IMG/VR virus record: IMGVR_UViG_3300011883_000001
Direction: 5' to 3' (one strand)
Origin: an uncultured virus (IMG/VR IMGVR_UViG_3300011883_000001)
Lineage: Duplodnaviria; Heunggongvirae; Uroviricota; Caudoviricetes; Schitoviridae
Length of the DNA stretch: 64,000 nucleotides
Numbering within the stretch: the stretch's first letter is position 1; every line of letters begins with the position of its first letter. Below the pieces are notes generated by a model that searched no databases, was not told the DNA's origin, and saw only the letters and a list, made by a program, of their open reading frames with translations. Of this stretch, positions 47,033 to 57,882 are shown piece after piece. The translations under genes and the position numbers were made by a program.

Positions 47033-49240
47033 TTACTGTGAGTTAGCTTGTTTTGAAGCAACGTTAGCTTTTAATGATTCCTTAGTCAAGTCTGTTTGAT
47101 TCTTAAGTAGACTTTGATTTAAAGAAGATTGCTGTTTCAACTGTTCCTTCTGCATTTCTGCTTGATGTTTCACACGTTGCAGCTCTAACTGTTCTTCGTG
47201 CTCAATACCATCTGCTTTCTTGTAGAAGTCCAGATTATTCTTGTCTGTAGTAGATTGCATGTTTGCTGCACGAGCTTCTTCAACACCAACCTTCGCACTT
47301 TGAACACCAGCTTTAGCATATGCTTCTTGAGCTTGTGCGTTTAACAGTTCAGCTTGTGCTTGCTTAACAGCAACATCAGCTTGAGCCATAGCTTGTTGGA
47401 TTGGATCAGGTTGTGGTTCAAAGTTCTCTACTGCACGAGCAAGATCAGGAATCTTATACAGACGAGCAATCTTAGCTAAGAGCATCTGAGTGATAGACGT
47501 ATCCAAAGTATTACCAATGGTTTGAGTCATCATGCTAAGAATCTGAGCTTTCTGCGAATCTTCTTCTGGTGTAGAGATATTGATACGTAGGTCAAAGTCA
47601 CCTCGTAAATCATCTCGTCTAATAGGAACGAATTGATCATTGGTAACACGTACCACTTCCTCTTCTTCAAGGAACTGAGCATTCATAGAAATAAACTTAC
47701 GAGCTACCTCTACTAAACCATTACCAATACGTCTAACGATACCCATCTCTCGTTTACTAGCTGCATCCATAGCTCCTCTAACAGCTTCTGCTGTTTGACC
47801 CATGTTTACACCTGATACACCAGACTGTGCGAATGCACGTACACCAGTGAGTGATTCAGCATCTGTATTCACCAGGTTTAATAAGAATGGAACTGTTTCT
47901 GGGATTTGAGGGAACGACTGAGTAAAGACGGTATTACGAATATCTCCTGAGCTTGGGTTGAATTCAAAATCTTGACCATTTCTAAATTTGTTAAAGTTAA
48001 CAGAGTCCAAAGCACCTTTAGCAAAACCAGTTTGACCAACAGCATTCTTAGCAACTAAGTCAATTACAGCTCTGAGTACAGCACCTTGGATACTTTGGTT
48101 ATCCTTCAATAACTCTGCATCTGGTTCCCCGTAGAGTGAATCCTTGATAGGCATAAAAGGAATAAAGACAAAAGGAAATTTCTTGTCTGGGTATGGATTT
48201 TCCTCTAAACGAATTACGGTATCGTTAAGCCAGGTACACACAATAGGGCGAGCAATGCCAGTGCCATCAATATCATAATATCCCCAATATTCGTAGCAGT
48301 AGATCTTTTGTCTGGCTTCGTCTTGGAATTTGAAGTTGCTGGACTCTGAGGTACGTTGATAGTCTGAGACTGTTGTTGAGTTGACTGATGCGCTTTGTAC
48401 ATTGACGTTCTCCAAGTTCTTATATCGTCCATCTCTCTTCAGGTCAGACATGGAAGTTTCAAACTTATAGATGATGAAGTTGGCTTTGTTAATATCACCG
48501 TTACAAGTAGGATCTACATAAACATCATCAAAATGACAGACTTCTACTGTAGGATGATTCCTGATTACTTTGACAGATTCCTGTTCTTCAGTACCATCTT
48601 GGTACACACGAATAGGTTGTCCTTGTTCTTGACTGTACTGGATACTTAATTTTAAGTCTTCTGGTAATGTTTCAAACAGATCAGGATCTTGTTGTAACTG
48701 AGCCATGATCTCTTGGAGTTTTGGTTCTATAGATGGATCTACTACAGCAAGGTATTTAGGTACTTGCTCTTTAACTTTCTCTTCAACCACAGTCCAACCA
48801 GTACGTAGAATAGCTGTACCCTCATCTACTAGAGCACGAACCATAGTATCTACAAACTTAATCTTATCAATCTTAGTATCAAACTGATTATTTAAAATGA
48901 GTTCATTTTGTTGAGCAGGTTTAACATCTTCCCAGGTCACAGGGTTAATACTGAATAAATCTGAAGATGCTAAAACTACTTCACTAAGGGATGAATATCT
49001 CCACTCATTTTGTTTACGGATTAAACGTGGAGCAATAGAACTTTTATTTGGAATGGCTTGAGGTTTATATTTACCCGTCAATTTAAGAGCATCTAACCAG
49101 TCAGTTATTTTACTGACTTGTCCTTTGTGATATTCCTCTGATGCTTGTAAATCAGCCTTGAGATTTAAGACTGTAGGTTCATTTTTCCAGTTAGTTAGTT
49201 TCTCAGAACTAGCTAATGGAATCTCTTGATTAGTATCCAT
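47033..49240 (-). CDS. Portal protein (N4 gp59-like)
   Basis: LTNWKNEPT, PRLIRKQNEWRY, YEYWG, ASKRE. Confidence 0.95.
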   Translation of the reverse strand: MDTNQEIPLASSEKLTNWKNEPTVLNLKADLQASEEYHKGQVSKITDWLDALKLTGKYKPQAIPNKSSIAPRLIRKQNEWRYSSLSEVVLASSDLFSINPVTWEDVKPAQQNELILNNQFDTKIDKIKFVDTMVRALVDEGTAILRTGWTVVEEKVKEQVPKYLAVVDPSIEPKLQEIMAQLQQDPDLFETLPEDLKLSIQYSQEQGQPIRVYQDGTEEQESVKVIRNHPTVEVCHFDDVYVDPTCNGDINKANFIIYKFETSMSDLKRDGRYKNLENVNVQSASVNSTTVSDYQRTSESSNFKFQDEARQKIYCYEYWGYYDIDGTGIARPIVCTWLNDTVIRLEENPYPDKKFPFVFIPFMPIKDSLYGEPDAELLKDNQSIQGAVLRAVIDLVAKNAVGQTGFAKGALDSVNFNKFRNGQDFEFNPSSGDIRNTVFTQSFPQIPETVPFLLNLVNTDAESLTGVRAFAQSGVSGVNMGQTAEAVRGAMDAASKREMGIVRRIGNGLVEVARKFISMNAQFLEEEEVVRVTNDQFVPIRRDDLRGDFDLRINISTPEEDSQKAQILSMMTQTIGNTLDTSITQMLLAKIARLYKIPDLARAVENFEPQPDPIQQAMAQADVAVKQAQAELLNAQAQEAYAKAGVQSAKVGVEEARAANMQSTTDKNNLDFYKKADGIEHEEQLELQRVKHQAEMQKEQLKQQSSLNQSLLKNQTDLTKESLKANVASKQANSQ

Positions 49241-49270
49241 AAAGCAACCTTTAGCGTTAGACTGCTTTGG

Positions 49271-49276
49271 ATTATA
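49271..49276 (-). promoter_or_regulatory. -10 box (TATAAT) of a probable late promoter for the portal operon
   Basis: TATAAT about 30 nt upstream of the portal ATG; weak -35. Confidence 0.5.
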
Positions 49277-49277
49277 G

Positions 49278-49306
49278 TTTACTTATTAATAAATAAGCTA
49301 TATAGT
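49278..49306 (+). promoter_or_regulatory. Sigma70-like promoter TTTACT-17-TATAGT
   Basis: Exact 17-nt spacer; faces a + strand terminator about 70 nt downstream. Confidence 0.55.
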
Positions 49307-49312
49307 TTCCTT

Positions 49313-49377
49313 GCGTGATTAGTTCCTTCTTTGATAAACCCTCTACAAGTTTTCCGTGCTTATAGAGGGTTCTTTTT
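49313..49377 (+). ncRNA. Candidate ~65-nt small RNA with an anti-SD seed
   Basis: Promoter upstream; 5' GCGUGAUUAGUUCCUU; 3' hairpin AACCCTCTA..TAGAGGGTT-CTTTTT; no ORF. Confidence 0.5.
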
Positions 49378-49379
49378 AT

Positions 49380-50126
49380 TTAGACCCAACCTCCTCGTTG
49401 AAAATTAGATTGAGCAATACTGGTTTTATTTCCTGCCAGGTTTTCTTTTAACTGTCTGCATTCTTCATTAAATTTACTGGACCAGTTATTACCTTCATGG
49501 AACATACTTCGTCCAATTGATTCTGCACCTGCAGGGTTATACATTTTTGAAGCTACAAAATAACAAAGAGCATTCAAGTAAGTATTAGGTAAACGTACTT
49601 CAGTAGTTATTGCTGCATTCATAGAAACAGGAATAGCATCTGCTTTATAGACTATTTCATATATACCTTCTTCAGGTATAAATCCGAATAATAACTCATC
49701 AGAAGAAGGAGTAGATATAAGGCTAGGAGCAGTTGATACGTGTACATTATGGTAGACATCCCGAATGGTATTTTGTGTAGGAGATTCACCGTTTAAAGTA
49801 CGAACCGTACCATCAGGTAATTTAATACGAAGTAGTTCTAAAATATCTCCTTTAAATGGATTATCTGAATCCAGGATATAACCATTAGGGTTCTTACTCT
49901 GAGCGTTGTCACAAGTTAGAAAATAACGTTGAATATCTGAAGTCACATTTAATTTCAGAGTGTCTTCACGAATAACAAAGAGTTCATATAATTTAGATAA
50001 ACCAAGATTAATAAGTCTATTAATTCGTGGTTTAACTTCATTCCTCAATGACCCTTCATCATCTACCAGATCATAAGTGAATATCTCACTGGCAACTAAT
50101 GCTTCATAGATTTTGGATAGTTTCAT
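49380..50126 (-). CDS. Head-tail adaptor/virion protein (N4 gp67-like)
   Basis: INLGL..LY..F; LP..YLNALCYFVAS; C-terminal NF.RGGWV. Confidence 0.82.
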   Translation of the reverse strand: MKLSKIYEALVASEIFTYDLVDDEGSLRNEVKPRINRLINLGLSKLYELFVIREDTLKLNVTSDIQRYFLTCDNAQSKNPNGYILDSDNPFKGDILELLRIKLPDGTVRTLNGESPTQNTIRDVYHNVHVSTAPSLISTPSSDELLFGFIPEEGIYEIVYKADAIPVSMNAAITTEVRLPNTYLNALCYFVASKMYNPAGAESIGRSMFHEGNNWSSKFNEECRQLKENLAGNKTSIAQSNFQRGGWV

Positions 50127-50133
50127 TTAATAC

Positions 50134-51750
50134 CTATACAATGTAATTGGAGATAACAGATGTATTCGTTGAACTAGAGCTTGCTTCCCAGATATTAGAC
50201 TGAACGTTATATTCCATGGTTTGTGTTGACGATGGGTATATCAATCTCATATTTGCCAGCATTGAAATAGTGTCAATGAAATCATCATGTTTAGATTTTA
50301 AACCACTTGCTGAAGCAAGTCTTAATTCCTCCATACATTCAATCATAGGAGCTTCTTCTTGGAGTTCTTCAGGGAAGAACATATTACCTGCACTAAACCA
50401 AGGAACAACGACATAGAAGCGTTGTAGCTTATCTATGCTTGGTCTAATACCAGGTCTATTGGTATTTCCTGCTGAAGCAAAGTTAAAGTAAATTCTACGT
50501 CTTTGCTGTTCTTTTCTAAGCCAAGGAATAAAACCTTCTTGCTGACCTGTTACTTCAATCCCTACAGAAAGAGGGTTATATCTCTGACATAAGGTGAAGA
50601 GATCTTCTACATTACGATCCATAGTTTGTCGTTTACAAATACCATCTACGTAATAGATATATCCTGCATGGTTTACTGCCCATACGGAAATCACAGAGAA
50701 ATCTCCTGATTTCTTATCTGTAGTAGCAAAGTCAGTTGTCACGTAGAAATTGTATGAACCCATATCTTTCATTAGGTCTTTACGAGAATACCAGTTGATA
50801 TCTGCAATACTAATCAGACGATCTTCATCGCTCATAATTCGTAGCATCAATTCTTGGTTAAAACCTTGCAGCATACCTGCAGACTTAGCTTCCTCATATT
50901 TACGCTTAACGAAGTCATAAGTGAAACGATCTTCCCACGCACCTCTAAACTCTTCACGTGTACACGGAAATCGTTCACATACTGGATAACAGTTGACTGC
51001 CCATGCACCACTTTCCACTGCTTCATATAAGGGATCTCCAGCATTGAAGGGAGTACCTGACCAGATAATCTTGGATTTAGTTGGATGCATTGCATGGTCA
51101 ATAGCTTTATAGACTGTGTCTTTGATTGCATTGATACAGGTCTGAGAACGTGCATCTTCATCTGAAACCAAGTCATCTAGGATAGCTAATTGTGGGCGTT
51201 TACCCATCTCCTTCACACCACGTACACCCGTTTGTGCACCATAACCTTTTACAATAAATTGCTTACCTGAAGCATTCTTAAACTCCCAACGAATGTCTGT
51301 GAATTTCCAGTGAGGAATCATCTTAGTTAAGAAAGATGAGTTTTCAATACGGAACTGTAAGTTCTTCCGCATGTTCTTCACACCATTCTCAATGGAGTCT
51401 GATACATAGATAGCCAGATCTACTTGACCAAAGTTAGGTAATTCACCAAAGACAGCTAAGAATAAAATAAGATACTCACCTAACACAGTAGTTTTAGCTG
51501 CACCACGAAAAACCATGTTAGCAATCTTAGGAACATCAGCTCTGGCAATCTGGTCCAACATCTTAAGATGTAGTACAGGTGTAATGTTTTCTTCGCCTTC
51601 TGCTCCATTGACTAGCTTAATAAAGTTTACAAATGCATAAGCAAACTCACTAGGTTTGTAGTAAGCATCATCTCCATAACTAACCTGGTTTAACCATTTG
51701 TCTACTGACTGTTTAATTAAACCAAGAGAATTCAATTCACTCTGGATCAT
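50134..51750 (-). CDS. terL: Terminase large subunit
   Basis: [31 protein letters not shown]. Confidence 0.95.
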   Translation of the reverse strand: MIQSELNSLGLIKQSVDKWLNQVSYGDDAYYKPSEFAYAFVNFIKLVNGAEGEENITPVLHLKMLDQIARADVPKIANMVFRGAAKTTVLGEYLILFLAVFGELPNFGQVDLAIYVSDSIENGVKNMRKNLQFRIENSSFLTKMIPHWKFTDIRWEFKNASGKQFIVKGYGAQTGVRGVKEMGKRPQLAILDDLVSDEDARSQTCINAIKDTVYKAIDHAMHPTKSKIIWSGTPFNAGDPLYEAVESGAWAVNCYPVCERFPCTREEFRGAWEDRFTYDFVKRKYEEAKSAGMLQGFNQELMLRIMSDEDRLISIADINWYSRKDLMKDMGSYNFYVTTDFATTDKKSGDFSVISVWAVNHAGYIYYVDGICKRQTMDRNVEDLFTLCQRYNPLSVGIEVTGQQEGFIPWLRKEQQRRRIYFNFASAGNTNRPGIRPSIDKLQRFYVVVPWFSAGNMFFPEELQEEAPMIECMEELRLASASGLKSKHDDFIDTISMLANMRLIYPSSTQTMEYNVQSNIWEASSSSTNTSVISNYIV

Positions 51751-52024
51751 TGACTACCTCGTACGTTGCTTCAAAGATATCTGGCTTACATGGGTAGAAT
51801 TCACCCTGCACACCTTTAATGATGTAATCATTTTCAGAGATAGCCATAACACCCTCTAATGTTTTTATCTCACCACCAATAACATCTCCACCATACTGTG
51901 ACCACAGTTCAACATTTTTAGCTTTCCGAATAAACTGTGGCGTTCCTCCTTTGTAGCTCTCTTTTGTGAATTGCCATGCATCAATTACCACTGGTTTCTT
52001 TCTATATTTATTCGTCATGTTCAA
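51737..52024 (-). CDS. Conserved phage hypothetical protein (YRKKPVVI...[11 protein letters not shown] family)
   Basis: Characteristic motif; lies between the terminase subunits. Confidence 0.8.
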   Translation of the reverse strand: MNMTNKYRKKPVVIDAWQFTKESYKGGTPQFIRKAKNVELWSQYGGDVIGGEIKTLEGVMAISENDYIIKGVQGEFYPCKPDIFEATYEVVNDPE

Positions 52025-52694
52025 TAACCTCTTTAGCTATGATACGAGATGCAGCAACTTCTTTGGCATTTGATAAACCAAGTTCTACAGATTGTTTTTG
52101 GGTTGCAGCAAGAGCAAATACCTGTTCCTTAAGATCACGAATATAGTCTGTTTCTTGCATACCAATATTCAAATTGATCTGTTTATTTTCAGGTTGTTTG
52201 AGGTGAGTCAATAACGAGTTAGCAGCATCACTTTGAACTTTCTCTGATGCAGCATTATTCATAAGCCAGAATTGTTTATTAATTGCAGCCTGGAACTTAT
52301 CCTGATTAAGAATATGGGTAGGAATAACAGCTTGCTCATAAACCAAATTAACAAGCTTGTTATTGTTGTATCCAGCTACATGAGCACTAATATCTTTAGG
52401 GGATTTACCTAGCTTAAGCCATCCTTGTACTTTATCTGGAAATACCTTGGCATATGCATCCATATTGGTATGTCCCATAACTTTATAAGAAACATACATT
52501 ACAGCTTCTAGATAACTACTAAGTTTAAATTTACCTTCACTTAAAACACGATTATAAGAAATCATGTTATCTCTGAATGCTTCTCTAAAATCAGGATCAG
52601 TGAGTACTTTATTAATATCATCTACAACCTGATCATTAATACTCTTGTGAACTGTTGGTGGTAATGCTTCTTTAAGTTCTTGCTTAGTAATCAT
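52008..52694 (-). CDS. terS: Terminase small subunit (N4 gp69-like)
   Basis: [36 protein letters not shown] before ATG 52694. Confidence 0.8.
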   Translation of the reverse strand: MITKQELKEALPPTVHKSINDQVVDDINKVLTDPDFREAFRDNMISYNRVLSEGKFKLSSYLEAVMYVSYKVMGHTNMDAYAKVFPDKVQGWLKLGKSPKDISAHVAGYNNNKLVNLVYEQAVIPTHILNQDKFQAAINKQFWLMNNAASEKVQSDAANSLLTHLKQPENKQINLNIGMQETDYIRDLKEQVFALAATQKQSVELGLSNAKEVAASRIIAKEVIEHDE

Positions 52695-52769
52695 AAATCC
52701 TACTATTTGAGTTACTATACGATACAGCAGGTTATACATTGTTTTGCTTATTTAATAAAGGAGTACCTA

Positions 52770-53033
52770 ATGGCTACCACAATACCCATTATGGCTGAAA
52801 GAGGTGTATGGCTTAAACCAGCCTATATTTATGAGTTTATTGGGAAGGGTAATTTATATTCCTATCAGACCATAGGTAAAGGTAATTTAATTCTTGAAGT
52901 TTCTAATGATCGTAAGAATTGGATTACACTATTAACAGTTGAAGGTGAAGAATCAGTTGTATTAGAACATTCATGGAGATATCAGCGAGTAACTAATACT
53001 ACTGATTTAACCATTATTTTAAACAGGAATTAA
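52770..53033 (+). CDS. Small beta-rich protein, paralogue of 53282..53542
   Basis: AAGGAG RBS; VSNDRKNW. Confidence 0.75.
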   Translation: MATTIPIMAERGVWLKPAYIYEFIGKGNLYSYQTIGKGNLILEVSNDRKNWITLLTVEGEESVVLEHSWRYQRVTNTTDLTIILNRN

Positions 53034-53034
53034 T

Positions 53035-53289
53035 ATGATCACAGTCAATCCAGCAGCTGTATTACAAGTACCTTCAGAATGTTTACCTGAAGAAGTAATA
53101 CCTCAAGTTATGAGTACAGAGTTATCAAACCAAAAGCATCATTTAAATATGCATGGTAAGAAGTTAGGTAGGGAAGTTTATCTCACAGATTTAATGTGCT
53201 TTGCTAAAGCACTAGGAGAACTGCCTACAGATTCTTGGGTTATTTTAAGTGCTGTTAATTCTATTAATCCAGGAGATGTAGATGAGTAA
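53035..53289 (+). CDS. Hypothetical protein
   Basis: AGGA RBS; within the operon. Confidence 0.7.
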   Translation: MITVNPAAVLQVPSECLPEEVIPQVMSTELSNQKHHLNMHGKKLGREVYLTDLMCFAKALGELPTDSWVILSAVNSINPGDVDE

Positions 53290-53542
53290 TGTTATTCCTG
53301 TTTTAGCTAATAAATTAGTTCACTTAAAAGAAGGTCTAATTTATACCTGCGTAGGTAAAGAATATGTCTTTACTTATCAATCATCAGGTGTAGGTAGATC
53401 TACTGTATTTGTATCTAATGACCGTAAAAATTGGGTGTGGTTAGTTACTTTGATTAATGATGATAGTGCTGTATGTATGCATACATGGGAATACCAGAAG
53501 CTTGTTGGTAATGATCTCAGCGTAACAATGAACCGAGGATAA
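53282..53542 (+). CDS. Small beta-rich protein, paralogue of 52770..53033
   Basis: AGGAG RBS; VSNDRKNW. Confidence 0.75.
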   Translation: MSNVIPVLANKLVHLKEGLIYTCVGKEYVFTYQSSGVGRSTVFVSNDRKNWVWLVTLINDDSAVCMHTWEYQKLVGNDLSVTMNRG

Positions 53543-53543
53543 T

Positions 53544-56500
53544 ATGCCTTTAATAAATAAAGATGCAATTCTAGAACCATTTGACTTTGATAAAGTGGAC
53601 TTCACTTTATTACCTAAAGCAACCTTACAGTCACCTGGTATTATCCTGGTTGGTGAAGGTTTGTCTGTAACACCTGAAGGTATTCTTTCAAAGACTCATT
53701 ACAACCTTGAGGACTTAAAAGATAAACCATTAGCTCGTACAAATTTAGAGGTATTCTCCAAAGAAGAAACCAATACTGCACTTCAAAATCTTAAAGAATA
53801 CACAGATCAAGAAAATGCTGCTTTAAATGCTGCAACTTCAGCTGCTATTGCATCCTTATCTGATTCTACAGATGCTGCTGTACTTGCAGCTAAAAACCAT
53901 ACTGATAGTTCAATCAGTAGTTTAACAGACTACACCAACACAGAGATTCTTAATTTAAAGCAGTATACTGATGATGGGATTGAAGCTCTTCGTGTTAGTT
54001 CCAGTACTGCTACTGAAGCTTTACGTACTGAAATTCAAAATGATTTAGTAGAGTTACAGTCAACTATTGAAGATGAATTTGTTGAAGTACGTTCAGAAGT
54101 TGCAGCTTCTTTTACAGCTTCAGATCAGAATCTTCAACAAACAGCTACACAGTTACTTGCTGACTATGAAATCAAGATAGCAGCTCACAGCAGTCTTACG
54201 GATAATCCTCATGCAGTTACTAAAGCTCAAGTTGGTTTAGGTGAAGCAGATAATACCTCTGATATTGCTAAACCAGTAAGTACAGCACAGCAAGCAGCTT
54301 TAGCTCTTAAACTAGATAAAACAGCAAATGCTGCGAGTGCTACTAAACTACAAACTTCTCGCACAATCTCGTTAACAGGAGGTGTTACAGGTAGTGTTAA
54401 TTTTGATGGTAGTGCTAATGTTTCTATAGCTACTACAATTACAGGTTTAGGTGTTGCTAATGGTATTGCTACATTAGACTCTAGTGGGCAAGTACCTTCT
54501 ACTCAATTACCCTCATATGTAGACGATGTATTAGAGTACGTGAATGTTGCAGCATTCCCGACTCCAGGTGAATCAGGCAAAATCTATGTAGAAACCACAG
54601 GGAATACTACCTATCGTTGGAGTGGTTCAGGGTACACTAAAATTACGTCTGGAGAAGTATCATCTGTTGCAGGTAAAACAGGTGTTGTTACTCTAACTAA
54701 AACGGATGTTGGCTTACCTAATGTAGATAATACTGCTGACTCTGCTAAGAATGTAGCATCTGCTGCTAAGTTAACAACTGCACGTATACTTACAGTAGGG
54801 CGTACAGGTAAAACCTTTGATGGTTCAGCTAATGTTGCATGGACTGCAACAGAGGTACTACCAACTGCTACATCAGGACAGTTCCTTAAATTTGATGGAA
54901 CTAACTGGATTGCTGGAGCAGACAACAACACAACGTACAGTACGATGCTTCAAGACGAAGCTACTACAGGTACAGCAACACAAGACAGACTGATCAGTGC
55001 CAGTGTCTTAAAGAGTGCTATTCAGTATCATTCACCTATCCCTCCTACCTTCACAGGAACAGCTACAGCAGGTTTAGTACCTCCACGTGTAGGCTCAGTA
55101 TCAATTAAGTACTTACGTGAAGATGGTACATGGCAGGTTCCTACAAACACTACCTACCTACCTATGACAGTGTCAGAGTATACGGCAGGCAGTAGTAACC
55201 TTAGTAGGCTTATTTCAGCTAATGTCTTAAAGGATGCTGTACTGCTTCATGGTAAAGCACTTGAGAGCATTCAGGGCAATGCAGCCACAGCAAGCAAGCT
55301 GCAAAATCCAATCAAGATTAATGGTAAGGACTTCGACGGTTCAGAAGACTTTGACATTATCACTGGTTCATCGGCGTTTATTGGTTCCGTGTCCTGGTTT
55401 AATGGCAACCCTATGCGCTTACCTGATGGGTATGCGCAAGGTAACGGGCAAATCTATAATCGTGCTGATTATCCCTTCATGTGGGAAGCTATCGAACGAG
55501 GTCAGTTTGAAGCTATCGACGATGCAACATGGTTAGCTGATCCGAGCCAACGCGCTAAATATTCATTAGGAGATGGCTCTACTACGTTCCGTATGCCTGA
55601 TTTAAATGGTGTTCAGCCTGATTCTTTAAATGCGCCTTTCCTACGTGGTAAAGGTGCATTTGCGGTAGGTACAGTGTTAGGGGATGCGATTCGTGACATA
55701 ACCGCCAGGGTTATTACTGTCCCACACACTATGCATGTAGGTAAGATCAACCATGATTGGACGGCTTATGATGCTGCCAGTATAAATTGGGCAGACACTT
55801 CAGGTAACAACTTAAAATTAGAAGAAAACAATGGCCTCTCTGCCAAAACTTTTCAGACAAACTTTAGAGCATCAAACGTAGTCCCTACCGCCACTGAAAA
55901 CCGTCCTATTTCCGCCGTAGGTATGTGGATTATCAAGGTACGCGGAGACACTGTAGCTTCACCAGAAAGCCAGCCAGCGACACTGATGCACAATGAATTT
56001 CACGGCAATCAGATCATCCATGGTGACATGATCGTTACTGGTGAAGTGCGTTTTGGGGAAGCTAGCAAAGTAGAGGTAAATTTACCTATTGGTTTTGTTG
56101 AATGGTACAACGGCCCACGTACTCATATCAGGATTGGTACACTTCCATCTGACGGTCAGCTACTAAAGCGTGCGGATTACCCTGCACTTTGGGCTGAGAT
56201 TGAACGTGGTGCATTTGCATCTGTCTCCGAAACAGACTGGTGGGCTACTCCACATAATCGAGGTTCATATTCATTAGGTGATGGGTCCACAACATTCCGA
56301 ATGCCTGATCTTAACGGTGTGCAGGAAGGTTCATTTAAACGTAATTTCTTGCGTGGTGCAGATATAGATGCACTTGTAGGTAAAATGCGTGGTGATGCTA
56401 TCCGCGACATTCAAGGCGGCTTTACTGCTTCTGTTCCTGCTGGTCATGGAAATTACCGTACAGGTGCTTTTTCTGGATCATGGGGGTTGTCCACATCAAG

Positions 56501-57071
56501 CACCTCTGATCCAGCTGTTTACGAATTCCAAGCAGCGGTGCAGGGCGGTAAATACATAGAAGGATCGAGATACGGCTATTACTTTAGAGCTTCTGATGTA
56601 GTACCTACAGCAGAAGAAGTACGTCCAGTCAATGCGATGGGTGTGTGGGTTATTCGTGTAAGTGGTGGCGTACCGAATAACACTACTGGCACAGCAGCAG
56701 GGATAGATACCAACACATTTAACGGTCATCAAACCATGAATGCTGGTGCGTCTATTAATGGCGGGTTGACAGTTGATGGTAAAGAAGTTGTACGTAAGAG
56801 TGCAATTACAGCTGTATTAAGTGCTAGCGGTACACGTCAAAAAGGAGTTGTTTACTATAACGGCCCAAACTTACGAATAGTAATGCTTTATGTGGGGCAA
56901 GGTAGTAATAGTGGTGATACTGGTATTAAGGTAAATGATGTTTTTACAGCAGGAGCTAATATGCCGAACGCGCACTATTCATTGACGGCCCTTATTCCAC
57001 CTAATACCGCATATTCTTTTACAGGGCCGGCATCGGCTACCTATTGGGCATGGACGGAGACAGATATATGA
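53544..57071 (+). CDS. Long tail fibre with two tail-collar-like modules
   Basis: NPHAVTKAQVGL, NAASATKL repeats, 2x GDGSTTFRMPDLNG..GDAIRDI. Confidence 0.9.
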   Translation: MPLINKDAILEPFDFDKVDFTLLPKATLQSPGIILVGEGLSVTPEGILSKTHYNLEDLKDKPLARTNLEVFSKEETNTALQNLKEYTDQENAALNAATSAAIASLSDSTDAAVLAAKNHTDSSISSLTDYTNTEILNLKQYTDDGIEALRVSSSTATEALRTEIQNDLVELQSTIEDEFVEVRSEVAASFTASDQNLQQTATQLLADYEIKIAAHSSLTDNPHAVTKAQVGLGEADNTSDIAKPVSTAQQAALALKLDKTANAASATKLQTSRTISLTGGVTGSVNFDGSANVSIATTITGLGVANGIATLDSSGQVPSTQLPSYVDDVLEYVNVAAFPTPGESGKIYVETTGNTTYRWSGSGYTKITSGEVSSVAGKTGVVTLTKTDVGLPNVDNTADSAKNVASAAKLTTARILTVGRTGKTFDGSANVAWTATEVLPTATSGQFLKFDGTNWIAGADNNTTYSTMLQDEATTGTATQDRLISASVLKSAIQYHSPIPPTFTGTATAGLVPPRVGSVSIKYLREDGTWQVPTNTTYLPMTVSEYTAGSSNLSRLISANVLKDAVLLHGKALESIQGNAATASKLQNPIKINGKDFDGSEDFDIITGSSAFIGSVSWFNGNPMRLPDGYAQGNGQIYNRADYPFMWEAIERGQFEAIDDATWLADPSQRAKYSLGDGSTTFRMPDLNGVQPDSLNAPFLRGKGAFAVGTVLGDAIRDITARVITVPHTMHVGKINHDWTAYDAASINWADTSGNNLKLEENNGLSAKTFQTNFRASNVVPTATENRPISAVGMWIIKVRGDTVASPESQPATLMHNEFHGNQIIHGDMIVTGEVRFGEASKVEVNLPIGFVEWYNGPRTHIRIGTLPSDGQLLKRADYPALWAEIERGAFASVSETDWWATPHNRGSYSLGDGSTTFRMPDLNGVQEGSFKRNFLRGADIDALVGKMRGDAIRDIQGGFTASVPAGHGNYRTGAFSGSWGLSTSSTSDPAVYEFQAAVQGGKYIEGSRYGYYFRASDVVPTAEEVRPVNAMGVWVIRVSGGVPNNTTGTAAGIDTNTFNGHQTMNAGASINGGLTVDGKEVVRKSAITAVLSASGTRQKGVVYYNGPNLRIVMLYVGQGSNSGDTGIKVNDVFTAGANMPNAHYSLTALIPPNTAYSFTGPASATYWAWTETDI

Positions 57072-57532
57072 AATACTTTAAAGATAGTAATGACAGCATT
57101 CACGGTATCGACGAAGGGCAAGAGCAACATATCAAAGATGATATGATTGAACTTACAAAAGATGAGGTTGACCGCATCTTAAATCCTCAAGATTACCTTA
57201 CTGACGAAGAAAAGCTGGAACTTGAAACTAAGTCCTTACCGGCACTGTCAGCAAAAGACTTTAGACACATGCTTGATCGTGCCGGATTGCGTGATGATAT
57301 TGAATTACTCATTACGCAAATTGAAGACCCAGCTATTAAACGTGCAATCCAGAATGAGTATGAATATGCTCAATTCTTTGAACGTACTAATCCAACAGTA
57401 CTTTATATGATTAACCTCCTTGGTTTAGATCCTACACAAGTAAACCAAGAATGGAGTACTCCAATCTCTTTAGATTTTGTACTTCCTACTAACCCAATAG
57501 AGGAAGAGGTACCTAATACTTCAGGAGAATAA
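57068..57532 (+). CDS. Tail-fibre assembly chaperone-like protein
   Basis: MKYFKD start with ATGA overlap; EYEYAQFFER. Confidence 0.75.
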   Translation: MKYFKDSNDSIHGIDEGQEQHIKDDMIELTKDEVDRILNPQDYLTDEEKLELETKSLPALSAKDFRHMLDRAGLRDDIELLITQIEDPAIKRAIQNEYEYAQFFERTNPTVLYMINLLGLDPTQVNQEWSTPISLDFVLPTNPIEEEVPNTSGE

Positions 57533-57549
57533 ACCAAGATAAAAAGAAG

Positions 57550-57575
57550 AGAGGACTGCTAAAGTCCTCTTTTTT
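57550..57575 (+). terminator. Intrinsic terminator
   Basis: AGAGGACT-GCTAA-AGTCCTCT-TTTTT. Confidence 0.85.
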
Positions 57576-57821
57576 ATTATGAATAGTATGTACTTAGATT
57601 GGTCTTAACTTTTTTGAAATTTTAAAAAATTAGTATGAGAGCACTAGGAGATATGGATTATTAGTATGAAGAGTAAACAGTTGAAAACTTTTTCAGATTT
57701 TTTAATTTTAGGTATCAGAGCAGGGGTTACTAATATTACCTCCCCTACCCAGTAACCTACCCCCCTCTATTCAATCCTGGAAAAGGATTCTTACCCATAC
57801 CATGTTCAATCAAATTTCTCC

Positions 57822-57837
57822 TGCTTCGCAATTGTGG
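57822..57837 (+). promoter_or_regulatory. vRNAP hairpin promoter P1
   Basis: TGCTTCGCA-N5-GG; template strand forms a GC-GAA-GC mini-hairpin. Confidence 0.8.
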
Positions 57838-57882
57838 ACTAGTCATCCCAATTAATTAATTAATCCTATAGGAGTTACGACT

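Noticed and set aside
55380..56664. Fibre duplication as a DGR TR/VR pair or shufflon
   Set aside because: Differences are synonymous rather than adenine-specific; no RT or invertase in the window
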